Origin: Dipteris shenzhenensis
Taxonomy: Eukaryota
Assembly: GCA_047967505.1 (NCBI GenBank)
Contig: CM106538.1
Length of the DNA stretch: 64,000 nt
Reading direction: 5' to 3' (one strand)
Shown here: positions 13,737 to 27,344 of the stretch, piece after piece
Numbering within the stretch: position 1 is the first letter of the stretch
Layout of the letters: each line of letters starts with the position of its first letter
Position numbers and translations under genes: made by a program
Notes under the pieces: model-generated
Databases searched by the model: none
What the model was told of the DNA's origin: nothing
What the model saw: only the letters and a program-made list of their open reading frames with translations

Positions 13737-15088
13737 ACTCCATGCTGATGTTGTTACTTTCTAAATACAGACTTGTACTGGTTACTTTGTAATACAGACT
13801 TTGCTGGTTACTTTGCTGATAAAATTAATGGTGAGCTGATAAATCTACTGGTGTTTTTACATGGTATTGGTGCTGTTAAATGGTACTAGTGTTTGCTAAT
13901 AAAAGTACTAGGTGAGCCATTGTTTTAACCAGTGCATAAATAGCCAATGTTGATGCAATAAAATATATGGTCCTTTTTTATATGTTATCTTTTATGGTAT
14001 TTTTTGCTCAACTATATAGTACCAATTTTACTTCTGGATAAAATAATACTAATTATTAGTCAGATCTAAGCTAAGGAATCATGTGTCATGTCTATTATGG
14101 TGCTCATATAGTTGGTTGTTTTTTATTGGCATTACAGATCCATCAATGTGTAATAGAGCTGTACACTCTTCTGCTCTAGAGCTACAGGATGGAATTGCAA
14201 AAAGCGATGATAACATCTTCAGAGACCTTACAGATGTAGGGTACGGCCCAAAAGAAATAGCAACTTCGGATGTCCGAGATGACAGTCCCTCGAGTCAGCT
14301 ACTAATGAGGATGCTGAGGAAGAAGGGCCAAAAACTCCTACATTCTAGGATCGTTCCTTCCTAGAACATAGTATATTGGGGTGTGTGGAGTGTAGCATCG
14401 CAGAGCTATTGTATGTATCTAAGCCTGACCAGGTTGTATATTGGGGTGTGTGGAGTGCAGCGCAAAGCTTTTGTATCCAAGCCATTTGGGCTCCGTAATG
14501 TCATATGACTGATTCTATATGTCTCATTATGATTTTATATGGTGCCTTTTGATTTTTTATGGCTCATTCTGAATTATAAGTGCAATATATTAGAAAGAGG
14601 AACAACATTACAAAAATATGATATGACAGTAGTACAATGGTTCTCTCTCTCTGTCTCTCTTTTTCTCTCTCAATTGATAGCAGATGTGCTACTTAAGATA
14701 GTACCACTACTAGACACGGATCCTATTGCGACGTTTACGTACCGACATTTAGCGCTCGCTTAGCGTTAATCGTCGGTATGAAAAGCGGTTTCCGTAAAGC
14801 GTCGCTATATAGCGACGCTTGCCAAAAGTTGCTATATAGCGACCTTTATAAAAGTCGCTATATAGCGACTTTTAAGTTGCTATATAGCAACACTGATATA
14901 CTATTTTATAGCAACATTTTCCAGAGAGTTTTTTTTTTCCATATAGGCCTTAAAAGTTAGTTTTTTCCAATGACAATTTTTTTTAAATTTTCATACATGT
15001 TTGATCTCATAGAGAATAAAAAAATGAGAGCATGTACATCAAGCCTTTGAAGCTCATATATTCATGTCCAAGTTTGAGATGAGAAAAA

Positions 15089-18000
15089 TCAATTAAGAGC
15101 ATTTACATCAACTGTTTCCAAGTCTAAGGTGCCAAACAAGTCTATCTCCAACTCTATACCGAGTCGATCTCCTATATCATCATCGTACTGTAGCATCGTA
15201 CATTCACCTAAAAGTATTTGATCATCTTCTCCAATAAAGTGTGGTGATTCTTGATGATCGTTGTCTTCTTCCTCAATATCGTGATCTCCATGTTCCTCCC
15301 ATGCGATATCATTATTCACATCTTCCTCTTGGCTCATATGGTGATCTACATCTTCTTCGCTAGATTCATCAATTGGATCCGGCATTGGTAGTGGCATCTC
15401 CATATCCACATCTCTATCTTCAAAAATTTGCTTACTTTGTGGTGCAACTTGGATCACGTACCACCATCTTGGATCAGAACGATCCGGATGAAAAACCACC
15501 TATATTGAAGATGGCTGCCAAATGTCGTCAATTATATATATGAAATTATGCTCAAGTACATGTATCAATGGATCTTTAAAAACGAAAGCTTCGATTAATT
15601 AAATCATTAGTATGCACCTACTCACAGTGCTCAGGAAGAACAAAAGTATCACTTTCATCACTCTAATGTTTGGTGGAGTCTATTGCAAAGAGACCGCTAC
15701 TATCTTTCCTCACTGTCGCATGGGAACCATTGTAAATAGTTCTAAACCATTTTACATCAAGAATGAAAATACTAAATCATCTAAAATCAACTTCATAGAT
15801 GTCGGGTATGGTTCCACAATAATCCAACTGTGAGGAGAGAAGATTGGTATTCGAAGCACTTGCTCGGCTATCTTGTGTGAAGTTAGCCATAACTCCACAA
15901 TCATACATGACTCTCTTTGAATCGATGCGTTCCATGTGAAAATGTTGTCCATATGACCATAATGCACTATACTTTTTGTACTGTAAAAGAGCATCATTAA
16001 AACAATGAAGATGCATCTATTTTATAGCATATATTGCCACAAATAATTATTTAATTACGTCAAGAGGTAAGAAACTTACATGCACCATACATCCAGATGA
16101 TAACTCTCGCTCGTGCTCATTTATTGTCTCTCCATCATGTTTGGCTTTACGTAGAGCCAGTTGTAGCCAATCAAGTGACATGTGAGTAGGGAGAAGAGCC
16201 AGATCCCGTGGATATGGTTGTGATCGCCTGTACATTACTCTGAATCTCATCCTTGCATTTATTCTTTCTGCTTTGGCCACTTCATATCTCTCAATCCACT
16301 TCTGCATCTCAGGGCTATTGAGGATACAAAACTTATTGAATTTCTCCATTTGCTCTTCGCTCATCTTTCTTTCAATCCCTTTTCCTTGGGAAACCTCGCC
16401 AACGATGCGATCATCATCCTTGTTATGCCAAGCTTGCAGCATATCGGGATCTGTGGATGCAAGAAACTCTATGATATATACTAATGACTCTTACACAAGC
16501 CATCCCTCGCTTGCTTCTGTTCTTGCTCTTTGTCTTACAAATCCCTTTAAAGTTTTCATAAACTGCTCGAGAAAAAACATCCATCGACTATGAACGGTAC
16601 CTGCTATAGCCACCTCATCAGCTATGTGCACAAGCAAGTGGACTTGAGTTGTCATAATGCTCGAGGGAAAGTGCTTCTCAAGCAAGCATACGGCTTCGAT
16701 GGATTCCAGCCTAGCCTTCTCGATGCTCGATATGGAGATCTCTTTTTGAGATATCCACCTATTTCACATGCCCATGTAAGATATTTTCATAATCAATCTA
16801 CAGATTAATCAGCTTAAATTGAAGAAAATACATTCAATGCGATTTGATAGTAAGCATACCTCACAATACCACAGATCTTGAATATAGCATTTCTAACATC
16901 TTCTTGTCAGCACCCTTTTATTGTAATTGGGAGGATGAACTATCAAAGCAACAATGAAGTGATGTCAACAATATAACATAATAATAATTACGCTAACGCA
17001 TCATGATTATCGGTACACTAATTCTACTTAGAATACCTATAAGACCTTGTGCCAATCATGGGACTTGAGCCCACTAAGCTTACTGTCCTTTGAAAATGCT
17101 CCTTTCAAGCAACACATGTACCCTGTCGGTGTTTGAAAAGAGGCAATGTCTGCCTTGACCGCTACCTCCTCCCTTGTAGAGAGGATCCACGTTGCTTTCG
17201 GGAGGACAACTTTTCTCGAAGCATGCACTTGGGGCCACAAACGAGACATCCTATTCATAGCACGCAAGTCTTCTCGCACTCCTCTTGAGTCTTTGGAACC
17301 AACCAAGTGTGCCCAAATGGTAGCCCCCACATTCTTGAAGATATACATGGGATCCAAGAGATGATTGATTTGTAACTGACCCTAATAAGGAAGCTCGTGA
17401 AAGATCAATAGCCTCTTCATACCAGGAGGAGGTTCCTCTCCATTTGCCCTCCAAGCTTGAATCCAGTCACTTGCCTTCAAATATGATGGTGGTGGATCAA
17501 GCTAACCTCCACGTGCAAGATGGTCGAGCAGAAGATATCGAGCATGGGCCTTCATAAACATTTTTCCTCATATGTTTAGAGTAGTGTGCAAGCGATTTCA
17601 AAGCCGGTCCACAAACAGGACAAGCATGGTACCCACTTGTAACAAGTCCTGCACGCGTGCATGAATGTGTTAGTACAAGACATGCGTGCGAAAGAGAGTC
17701 ATAAAAGCATAATCCCTCATTGTACATGTAAAGACACAACCACGTACCTGCACACTCTCCATATCTTGGGTAGTCATGCATGGTCCACATCAAGATACCC
17801 CTAACCAAAATATCATTGGTATGTCTAGGAGCTCTAGAAATATCAAAGACCTGCACTCCTCTCCATAATATCTGTAACTCCTCTATCAAAGGTGCCATGT
17901 ACACGTCCGTATTTTTTGCCTTGTACTTTCCTGGCACAAGTAGTGCAAGTATGAGGTGTCCCTTTTTTATTGTTAGCCATGGTGGGATATTGTAATTCAC

Positions 18001-19181
18001 CACGTCTATGGGCCATGTCGACCAAGATGTCGAGCGTAACCCAAAAGGATTCACGCCGTCCATGGCTAGCCCAAGATGTAAGTTGCGTGGCTCCCTCGCA
18101 AAGTCTGGCCATTGATTATCTATGTGCTTCCAAGCTGCACAATCTGCGGGAATCCTCAATGTGTCATCAGTGGACCGATGAGATGCATGCCATGTCATCA
18201 ACTCCGCTATGGATTTGCATCAGAACATGTGTTGTATTCTTGCAATGATGGGAAAGTGTCTCAAGACCTTTACCGGTATCCGCTCACCCTGCAAGTCATC
18301 TCTATATCGTTGTTCCCCACACTTTGGACAACTAGCCAAATCTCCATGCTCACGACGAAAGAGAATACAATCATTACGGCAAGCATGGATGGTATCATAA
18401 TCCATATGCACCATTGTTAGCATCTTTTTTGCTTCATCTCTTAATGCGGGCATGGTATTTGGTGCAGGCAACATCTTTTGGAGCAACCTATGACAATTCG
18501 AAACATACATAGGCTTCGAACAATGATGATTCGGTATACACTATCCAAATGATGATTCTCAAAACAAACAATATCCAAATAATGAGTCAAATTAATGCAA
18601 GAGCTAACCTCATTAAGGCCGAGACACTTGTATCCGACCACCCATACTTTACTTGTAGATTCAAGATTGAGAGACAAGCACATAGTTTAGACATCCTAGC
18701 ACCCTCCTACAATTGTGTTGATTGCAACTCTCGCATTTTGACCTTAGACTCTGACATCACGTGTACATGGGATGTAGTGCCCCTAAAAATGGAATCCATC
18801 ATGTCGACTATACCCTCGTCATCATCCGGGAGACTATAGTCTTGCTGAAAGTGAGAAGGTATATGTGTAACCTCGTCACCCTCCTCATCCTATTTTAAGA
18901 TTTCATGTAAATATAAGATCTTGTATTTCCTAATATACAATAAGACTGTGAACTTAAACAGCTTTGACTTACCGATGGTCCATCAACACGTGCAACACCG
19001 ATGGTGGGTACTGGTTTTGGCTCCTCCCCATACATCTGCAAGTGGCGCATGATAATTTGACATTGATGTCGTACTTCTCGCTTGCAATGAGTGCAATGAT
19101 AGTATAACCTCTCCGTAAGCCACTTCATGCTCCCGAGCGTTGGCGCATCATCAGATGAGAGCTTCCACTCGTCCCTTCCAT
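15089..19181 (-). pseudogene. CACTA Tnp2/TnpD transposase, multi-exon, disrupted
   Basis: IHACRNDCILFR..CPKCGEQRY, MDGVNPFG..WSTWP..YNIPPW, LMWTMHDYP, DPMYIFKNV, GLKSHDWHK, QVHLLVH..RWMFFLEQFMKTLKGFVRQ; same exon layout as the transposase in element 1. Confidence 0.92.
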
Positions 19182-20014
19182 CTACACTTATAAAATCACA
19201 ACATAAGCATGAAGAAGAGATATTAACAGTTATAAAATAGCATCTATGAGCTTCCCTTCATGCTACAACAAAAAGTGACTTAAAGCGTCACTATATAGCG
19301 ACTTTTTCGTCTGTTCCATCGCTATATAGCAACATTTTTAATTAAAAGCGTCGCTATATATAGCTACACTGTGGGTTAAAACTTGAGACTCCCGTCGTCG
19401 GTGCTTTCTTTATCCCCTTCTCTAATCTCTCAAGTAAGCAAGGCAATCTCTCCTCCCACCTATTTTCGACGACCTCCCACCTATTTCTGACAACCTCCCA
19501 CTCTATTCTCCACTCCTCACCCTTCTCCTAGCTCTTGTACTCCCTCTCTACCCTTTTCCCTCTTTGGTTTCTTGAAAGGAAGTTCTTCAAGAGGTGAGTT
19601 TGTTTCAACAATGTAGATTATTTGTTTGTTAGCTTTAGTTTTGTGAGTGCTTCTCCTTGTATTGCTAAACCTATAAACTAGTTTTCATGCTTGTTTTCAA
19701 AGGATTGAAACAAAAAACGAGATTTCAAGAAAGAAAGAAGACACACCTCTTTTCTGTATTTCTCTTCCTTCTCTTTCTCCTTGTCTCCTCAATCTCCTCC
19801 TTTCAAGAAGTTACTTTTGTAATCTCCTCCTTCCTCTAACATCTTATTTGAAAAATGGGTTGTTTCCTCTCTTTTGTAGGGCCAGTCCACAACACCGAGC
19901 GGGACGTACTATTTCAGGTAAGTGCTTCCTCTTTTTTCCATTTATTATTTTTGTTATTTGCATTGGTTTGTAGCTAGCGCCTTAAGCGCTAGCTACAGTG
20001 ATGGGTGTACGAAC

Positions 20015-20790
20015 CCTCTCTTCCCCTCAATCTCTTTCCTTCTTCCCTCCTTCAATCTATTTCCTCCTCTTTTTCCCTTTTTCCTTTTCCTCTTCTTCTC
20101 TCTTTCTTTCCCTCTTTTTCCCTCTTTCCTTTCCCTCTTCTTCTCTCTTTCCCCCTTCTCTTAAGCATAAACATAAGCATGAGCATAAGAATGCTTATGC
20201 TTATGCATGAGCATAAGAGAAGTAGACATATGCTCATGCATAAGCATGAGCATATGTCTCTTTTTTCCTCTTTTCTCTTTCCCTCTTCTTCTCTCTTTCC
20301 TTTCCCTATTTCCTTTCCCTCTTTGCTTTCCCTCTTTCCTCTCTTTCCCCCTTCTTTTATGCTCATGCATAAGCATAACCATGAGCATAAGAAAAGGAGA
20401 CATATCCTCATGCTTATGCTTATGCATTAGCATAAGAGAAGTACACATATGCTCATGCATTCGCATCTTTTTTCCCCCTTCTCTTATTCTCTCTTTCCCC
20501 CTTCTCTCTTCTTCCTCTTCTCTCCCTCTTCTTCCTCTTCTTCCTCTTCTTCCTCTTTCTTTCCCTCTTCTCTCCTCTTCTTTCCCTCTCCTCTCCTCTT
20601 CTTTCCCTCTTTCCTTTCCCTCTTCTTCCTCTTCTCCTCCCCCTTCTCTTTTCCCTCTTCTCTCCCTCTTCTTCAGATTCCTCTTCCTCTTCCTCTTCTT
20701 CCTCTTCTCTCCCTCTTTGCCTATGCCTATGCCTATGCCTATGCTTATGTTTGTTTTTTTGTTTTTTGTTTTCGTGTTTGTGTCTATGTT
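20015..20790. repeat. Polypyrimidine low-complexity intron with GCATAAGCATGA-type palindromic repeats
   Basis: C/T-only tracts interrupted by TATGCTCATGCATAAGCATGAGCATA blocks (~20160-20255, ~20355-20465); lies between donor GTAAGT (19918) and acceptor AG (20792). Confidence 0.85.
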
Positions 20791-20794
20791 AGAC

Positions 20795-22359
20795 ATGGGA
20801 TCACGTCGCTCATTCGATGAGTACAGACACCTCACAGGAGGAGAGCTCACGATCTATATGCTCCAGAGGACTTTGATTCCTCTCAGGAGACTCCCTCGAG
20901 GACTACCCCTGGTCCGACTCCTCTCAGACCTAGCACTACGAGTATCCTTGGTCCAACTCCTCTTCCACATAGCACTGCAACTACCCCTCGAGGAACTCCT
21001 TTGCTAGCCGTGCATGGCTTTGTCGGGAGTCCTGACAAGTTTGTAGCACAGATGAGCGATGAGGAGGCAGCGAGATTCTTCTCTCTGCTATCTCAGAGGA
21101 CCTCAGCAATTCCCTCCCCTACACTGACGGTTGGACGTACTGCCCAGCCGCCCCCTCATGCCCCTTAGACCGAGGGGTCATCACCTGTGCATGCCTCTCG
21201 TAAGGGAAGGAAGAGTAGGAAGGACAGCTTATGTTGTGCTGACTCGGGAGATGTAGATGAGTCAGCACACTCACGTTCCTACAGGTCTCCACTTGGTCCG
21301 GAGACACAGTATCAGTCACAAGTCCCTTTCCCTCTCCTACTCCCACTGCTACTCCTCGCTCCGGAAGGGCTCGCACAGCTTCCACTCCTTCTGACTCTAC
21401 TACCATCAGTCCTCCTTATTGATCAGGGGATCTCTCCTATCAAATCACAGCTGCCGGAGAGATAATAGAAGATAGAAAGGGCAAAGCAATGATGGCCACC
21501 ATGAGGCAGTTGATGAGACATCACTTCAAGAGCAGCATTGCTACCGATTAGCGGTATCAAGATGGCCAAAAGAAGTAGGTGGTCATCGATGAGTTAAAAC
21601 AAAAATACCCTAACCCGCCAAATTGGGAGTTTAATGAGGATTATATGCGAGAGCACATGGGTTTGGTCTTGAAGCATCGTAGATCAACCTTGCGTACTTC
21701 CATCACAAAGGGGTTGGCTAAACCCAGCTAGGCAGACAAAGCTAATTGGAAGTTCTTCAAGAAGCAAAATAGGGACCATCCCGAATTGTTCGAGGGTCAG
21801 AGGAGGGCTGCGAAGAGATGGCTGGACGTCATAGGTACTTCGCACTTTGGTGCAGGCGGACGGTTGGCATTCGAGGCAACCATGGTAAGTCTACTTCTTC
21901 TCATTTAATGTATTGTTCTATTTGTTTTACTACATATTACATGCACTTTAGCTAACTCTAACTCTCATAAATTAGATCCACAGCAAGCTGCGATGGGTCA
22001 TCTTCCTATAGATGCAGAGACGCGACGTGTATTTCAGATAGGAACAAAGCCGTGGTTTATTGAGCAAGAGGCAATGGGAGCGACGGTCGATTGGGCTGAG
22101 GTGGCTGCTCGCACAGTATAAGTTTACTCCTACTTGTAATCTCACTTTTTAAATTGTTTTATTCTTTAAGTTCCAATCTAATTTTTGATTTATATGGTTC
22201 ACTCTTAGGGTCAAAGCTCAAGCGTCCCATCATTGAAGGCGAGCGATCACAACAGGGCTAGGATCAGACACACGTGATAAGGATCAGGGAGAAGACACAG
22301 CTCACGAGGACCAAGGAACAAGCCAACAAGACGAGGACGATTCAGATTCGGATGAGTAG
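20795..22359 (+). pseudogene. CACTA second gene (TnpA/Ptta-En/Spm-like), disrupted
   Basis: ATG just after acceptor; low-complexity N-terminus; KYPNPPNWEFNEDYMREHMGLVLKHRRSTLR...SHFGAGG then donor at 21885; two further exons ending in an acidic tail. Confidence 0.7.
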
Positions 22360-22938
22360 TAGTAGTAGTGGTGGTAGTAGCATTTTCTTCGCCCTGTATG
22401 TCATTTTGTATATCTGCTCGTTTGAGCAATTTTGTATCGCCCTTTTAAAAGGGTAAGTTTGTAACAAACAATGTTGTATATGTTCAACATGTATATGCTT
22501 TTTTTGTTCGATCATTTCATTTGAGTGATTTTGTATCACCCTTTTCGCAAGGGAAATTTTGTTATAAAAAAACTTTGTTTTGTAATTACCAAAAAAAAAA
22601 GGATTAGTGGGGCTAAACAGGGCCATAGCAAGCCCTATTTAGCTCCACTAATCCCTTTTTTTAGTTCTGGTAAACGTCGCTATATAGCAACGATTAACAA
22701 TGTCGCTATATAGCAATGTTTATCATCATCGCTATATAGCGACGCTTTATAGTGATAGCTCTTTTCCGACACTTTTAGCGACTTTTATAGCGATGTTTGC
22801 ACCCATGAAAAAAAAATTTAATGTAAAATCCGTCGGTATTTTCGTCGGAAAATGGCCTATGCCTTGTAGTGTACTACATAGTATCACATAGTACTAACCA
22901 AATAGTACTACGTATTATGATATGACAGTGGTACAATG

Positions 22939-22993
<55 letters not shown>

Positions 22994-23869
22994 CTCTCTC
23001 TCTCTCAATTAACAGCAAATGAGTTACTTAAGATAGTAGTACATAGTACTAAATAGTACTAACCAAATAGTAATAAGTAGTATGATATGAAGGTAGAACA
23101 ATCTTAATATGAACTACAAAAATTACTACAATAGTACACAATCACTAAAAAATAGGGCTAATAGTATGATATGATAGCAATACCTAAACATTAATAATAT
23201 AATAGTACACAATTAAAACTAATAGTACTAAAAACTATTAAAGTTCCTCATTGTGGAGCATCCCCGAGAGAAACAAATAAGTCATGTTGTGAAAATATTT
23301 GTTTGCTAGCTCCACTATCACTACACTTGCACAATTTTTGGATTCCTTTTCTTTACCAGTAGATGCATATTCATTCGTCCCATTTAAACACTTGATTTTA
23401 GACATTTGTCCCATTTGTCCCATATTCACTTGGCATGGAAACACTCCCATTTAATCAATGTACTGAAAAAAACACACTTAACTTTTTAAATTTTTTTTGT
23501 TAAGACAAGATGCCTTTGTATTACAAAAGTACTAGTAGCAGGGTTAGTGCAAGGAGAGAATGATTACGCTCGAAGTCCTTCTCTAATACAAACAATTTCA
23601 AACATCACACACTACTAATTAACATTAAATAGTACTATTTAGTCATAACGAGTATTCTATTTAGTCATAATTGCAAACAATACTATTTTGTCCTATCTTT
23701 ATTCCTAGGACTGATTTCTAAAATATGGTCTATATTATGAACATATTAAGTCCCCGGTGTAGTATTTAGTAGTGTGATTCTATGATTTAGTGCTAAATTT
23801 GCTTCATATAGAGTCTGTAAAGAGTACCAAATAATAGTGTGTAACTTGGGCTTTGTTGAAAGAAGAAAG

Positions 23870-24503
23870 ATGCACATCTATGAGCTCCAAGAAATGGGTG
23901 GGATGTATTGCATACTTTCTTGGGCCAACCTATGCTTGCAAACATCCTTCTTGTTTGGGAAAACCCTAGTGTTGTCTTTCCAGAACTGGACAACACATTG
24001 AACAACCTTACAACTTAAGGAATCCTGTTTACGCTTTTGACCTCCATCTGCCCATTTGAAGGAAGCTTGTTTTATGTCCACGCCATGTTTCTTTAGATTC
24101 TGTGCTTGAATTCCAAAGGCTTTAGCTACTTTGCTATCACTATATTTTTTAAATGCTAAAGTGTTAGCAATCATGTGGAGAGCTACTCTCTTTATAGGTA
24201 ACTTATCAACACTTTCTACTCTTTCAGAAGACTCAATGATGTCTTTAGATTATCCATTATTGCCATTGATATGGACTAGCTTTGAAAATTTGTCTCATCG
24301 ACAACCTCTTGCATATCTGGATGTTTTATAACCTTAGACAAAATGTTAGCCTTCGTTCTCAAGTCCAAGTTCTTTGTGGTATGCTTGAAATGTCACACAC
24401 CTATTAATGTTAAGTGTCTCATGTTCCTTTCGAAGCAATGCTATGGCAGTGCATTGAGCGAGTTCCCTTCATGGTGTGGAACTTCTAGTGTGGAGTTCTC
24501 CAT
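23870..24503 (-). pseudogene. Transposase-like N-terminal fragment (resembles Sola-type/unclassified DDE element proteins)
   Basis: SKVAKAFGI (HTH-like)..QKRKQDSLS..VVQFWKDNTRVFPNKKDVCKHRLA..HPTHFL; stops/frameshifts; no catalytic domain visible. Confidence 0.4.
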
Positions 24504-24609
24504 CCTGTGCACAACTGTATTTTAATGGTAAATCATAAATTAATGAACGACATAAGAAGACAATACGTCAAAACATGCATGCTCAATCTTACTATACGAG
24601 AAAGTCATC

Positions 24610-24611
<2 letters not shown>

Positions 24612-24664
<53 letters not shown>
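24612..24664. repeat. (GA)n microsatellite
   Basis: Direct reading. Confidence 0.95.
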
Positions 24665-24666
<2 letters not shown>

Positions 24667-25559
24667 GTAGAATCACCCAAACATAACTAGTTTTTGTGCG
24701 AGAGAGAACATACGGTCCAAAGTGCGAGGGCTTCAATGAGAGAGAAGGGGAGAGCCAATTTGCACAAAGAATGGAGAGAGCCAGGGAGAGAGAGAGCAAT
24801 GGACCTCTAGTGAAGATGAGCGGAGATAATTGCAGGGACAAAGATAGGACTCCACGAGAGAGAAGAGAGTCGACTGTCAATGGTTTCAAACATGTGTGAG
24901 TATTCCATGAGAGAAGAGAGTCAACTATCAATGGTTTCAAACATGTGTGAGTGTTCCATGAGTAGATTGTACATCGTGGATTCCTCGATGTGCAGGGAAA
25001 TCATCCTCAATTGAGAGTGGATTGTAGATTGCAGATCGTGGACTCCTCGATATGTGAAAATCTAATCCAACTATCAATGCCTTTTAGTACACAATTTAGT
25101 ACTATATCTATGCTAGAACCTTTGCTAAAAAGAGTACTTTTTTAGACACCGTAGCATGCTTTCACCCGAATAATATAATTATCACATTTCAATCATGAGA
25201 TATTTATTATATCATCAAATATGATTTTTTTTCATCATCAAACATTTAATATGTATCCATGATAAATTCCCCTTATGTATCCATGAGTAAATGCCCCTTA
25301 TGTATTCACATATTTAATAAAATCAACCAAAATAACATTGTGAGCAAAGGAAAACAAGTCACACATTTAATATGTATCCATAATAAATGCCCATTATGTA
25401 TTCACACATTTAATAAAATCAACCAAAATAACATTATGAGCAACAAAATCACAAATACAAAGTTTTGTGACTTTGCACTTTTACATGGATCACTTGCCAA
25501 TAAAGTTTTTTCTACTTCAAAAAAAACTCATGTACATGCTAAACCCCATCATAAAGCTT

Positions 25560-27344
25560 CACAATAAAGTGTATTTTTATGCTTGCTGTGGACTCCGTTG
25601 TGATGCTTTGGAAATAGACTCTTTCTCTCAAGGCTTTGATGCTTTAGGCATATATGAACTTTTCCTTTGGTCATAGAATTTGTCTACTTCCAAGCATGAA
25701 CTGGATTGTGATGGTTTAGGCATAGAATCTAGTGGAGGTTGTGATTCTTTGGGCATATATTGAATCTCTTCTTTTGAGTGTGGGGTAGATAGTGATTCAT
25801 TGGGCATAGAATCCTTGGGAGGCTATGATGCCCGTAGCATAGAATGAGTCTCTACTTCCACTCGTGGACTTTGCTGGGATGCTTTGGGCATAGAATCCCC
25901 AAAATGGTGTTATGTTTTTGCCGTAGATCAAGTCTCTAATTCTGCGAGTGGACTCCCTTTTGATGCTTTGGTTTTATACTCCTCAAGCGTACATTGAATC
26001 TCTACTTTTGCGATGGCTGGAGTTGATTGTGATGCTTCGAGAGTAGACTCCTTTAAAAGATGTGATGGATTGGGAGTCACATTGAGTCTCTACTTCCTCA
26101 AGAGTCTTTGATGCAGACTTGGGTGTCTCAATTACTTTAATTGGAGATTGAGCAATTATGTATCGAATGGTATGAGCCATAAATGTATATAGTTCTGCAT
26201 CGGAATATGTAGACATTGAGGATTGTGAACCCTTCACATCAAATATTTCATCGAGGAGCAACTTGCAGTTGTAGCACACTCTCTACCCATAGCTGTATGG
26301 ATCATTTTGCTCTACAACCTCGCATCATGGTAAGTCCATTGCTTCTTGCAAGTCACCATCATACTTTGTGACTTATTCAATTGCACTTATTAACCTTGAT
26401 GTAGACCTATCCATCATAACATACAAGGGAATGAATAAGTGCATCGCAAAAGATACATACCACGAAAGTTACAATGCATTAAGAGTAAGTGTACCACGAA
26501 AGTTACAATGCATTAAGAGTATACTTATGCTAACACATTACCATGATATCTTGCCATTGAATTGGTAAAATAGCATTTGTTGGCTTGTAGGTCCAAAGCC
26601 ACCAAACTCCAATGTTTCCTGCATGGCCAATTAAGAATCTTTATTATTTGACTTCATCTTACCTCTCACAAAAGTAAATATGAGGTTGTAGTGTCACTTA
26701 TGCCTCATAATATGGAAAAATGATAACTCATACATTGTTCATATTGAGAGATTGCAGCCAGGTGCATATATCTTCTATTGACTTTTTATTATTATTGAGC
26801 CATGTAGAAAGCATGGAATCTATGACATATACACACTTTCCAAGATTTCGAGGAAACCAAGATATCATTGTACTACATAAAAAAAAAACCAAACATTAGC
26901 TCATTAGATTTAATCAATATATAAATACTAAGCTAAGATAAAGTTTGTATCAAACCTGAGGGTGGCCATTATAACTTTATCATTAACATCTTTTCCTTGA
27001 TATCTTAGGATTTAAAACTCTTCTGCACCAAATGATAGATATTGAGGTTGTTGGCCAATGACAACCTGAACATCAAAGTTGCTTCCTATTTCTCGTAGCT
27101 TAAAAAAATCTTTAGAATTCTTCAGCGTGAGCCACGCCATCATCAAATGCTCTGAGTTTCCACACAAGTGATATATTTAACTCTCTATGTTAGGAAAGTC
27201 TTTTAGTGATCCTTTTATTGTTTTAAATATTTCACTTTTAGTTTTTACAGCAATCACCATATCGATTAAACTTGAAGGAAATATTGTGGCCTTCCTGACT
27301 TCAGATCCATGTGAACTCATTTCATATGCTTTCCCCTCTACCAT
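25560..27344 (-). pseudogene. Ulp1-like (Peptidase C48, clan CE) protease, copy A, decayed
   Basis: Manual translation: KDVNDKVIMATL / intron / VYVIDSM..VIIFP..HYNLIF..CYFTNSMARYH..VEQNDPYSYG*RV (catalytic C reads Y, W reads stop; both single G>A changes); C-terminal SMPK(A/E)SQ repeats. Confidence 0.7.

Larger units (their letters stand above)
14705..22871. mobile_element. CACTA/EnSpm DNA transposon 2, complete ends
   Basis: Starts CACTAC (14705), ends GTAGTG (22871); TSD TAC at 14702-14704 and 22872-22874; palindromic subterminal repeats GTCGCTATATAGCGAC at ~14800-14910 and ~22675-22795, also internally ~19284-19365; flanks rejoin into one (CT)n-containing repeat unit. Confidence 0.95.

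Noticed and set aside
14083-14364. Possible terminal exon of a + strand gene
   Set aside because: Plausible acceptor at ~14137 but no recognisable domain and no demonstrable link to the 12400-12810 fragment.
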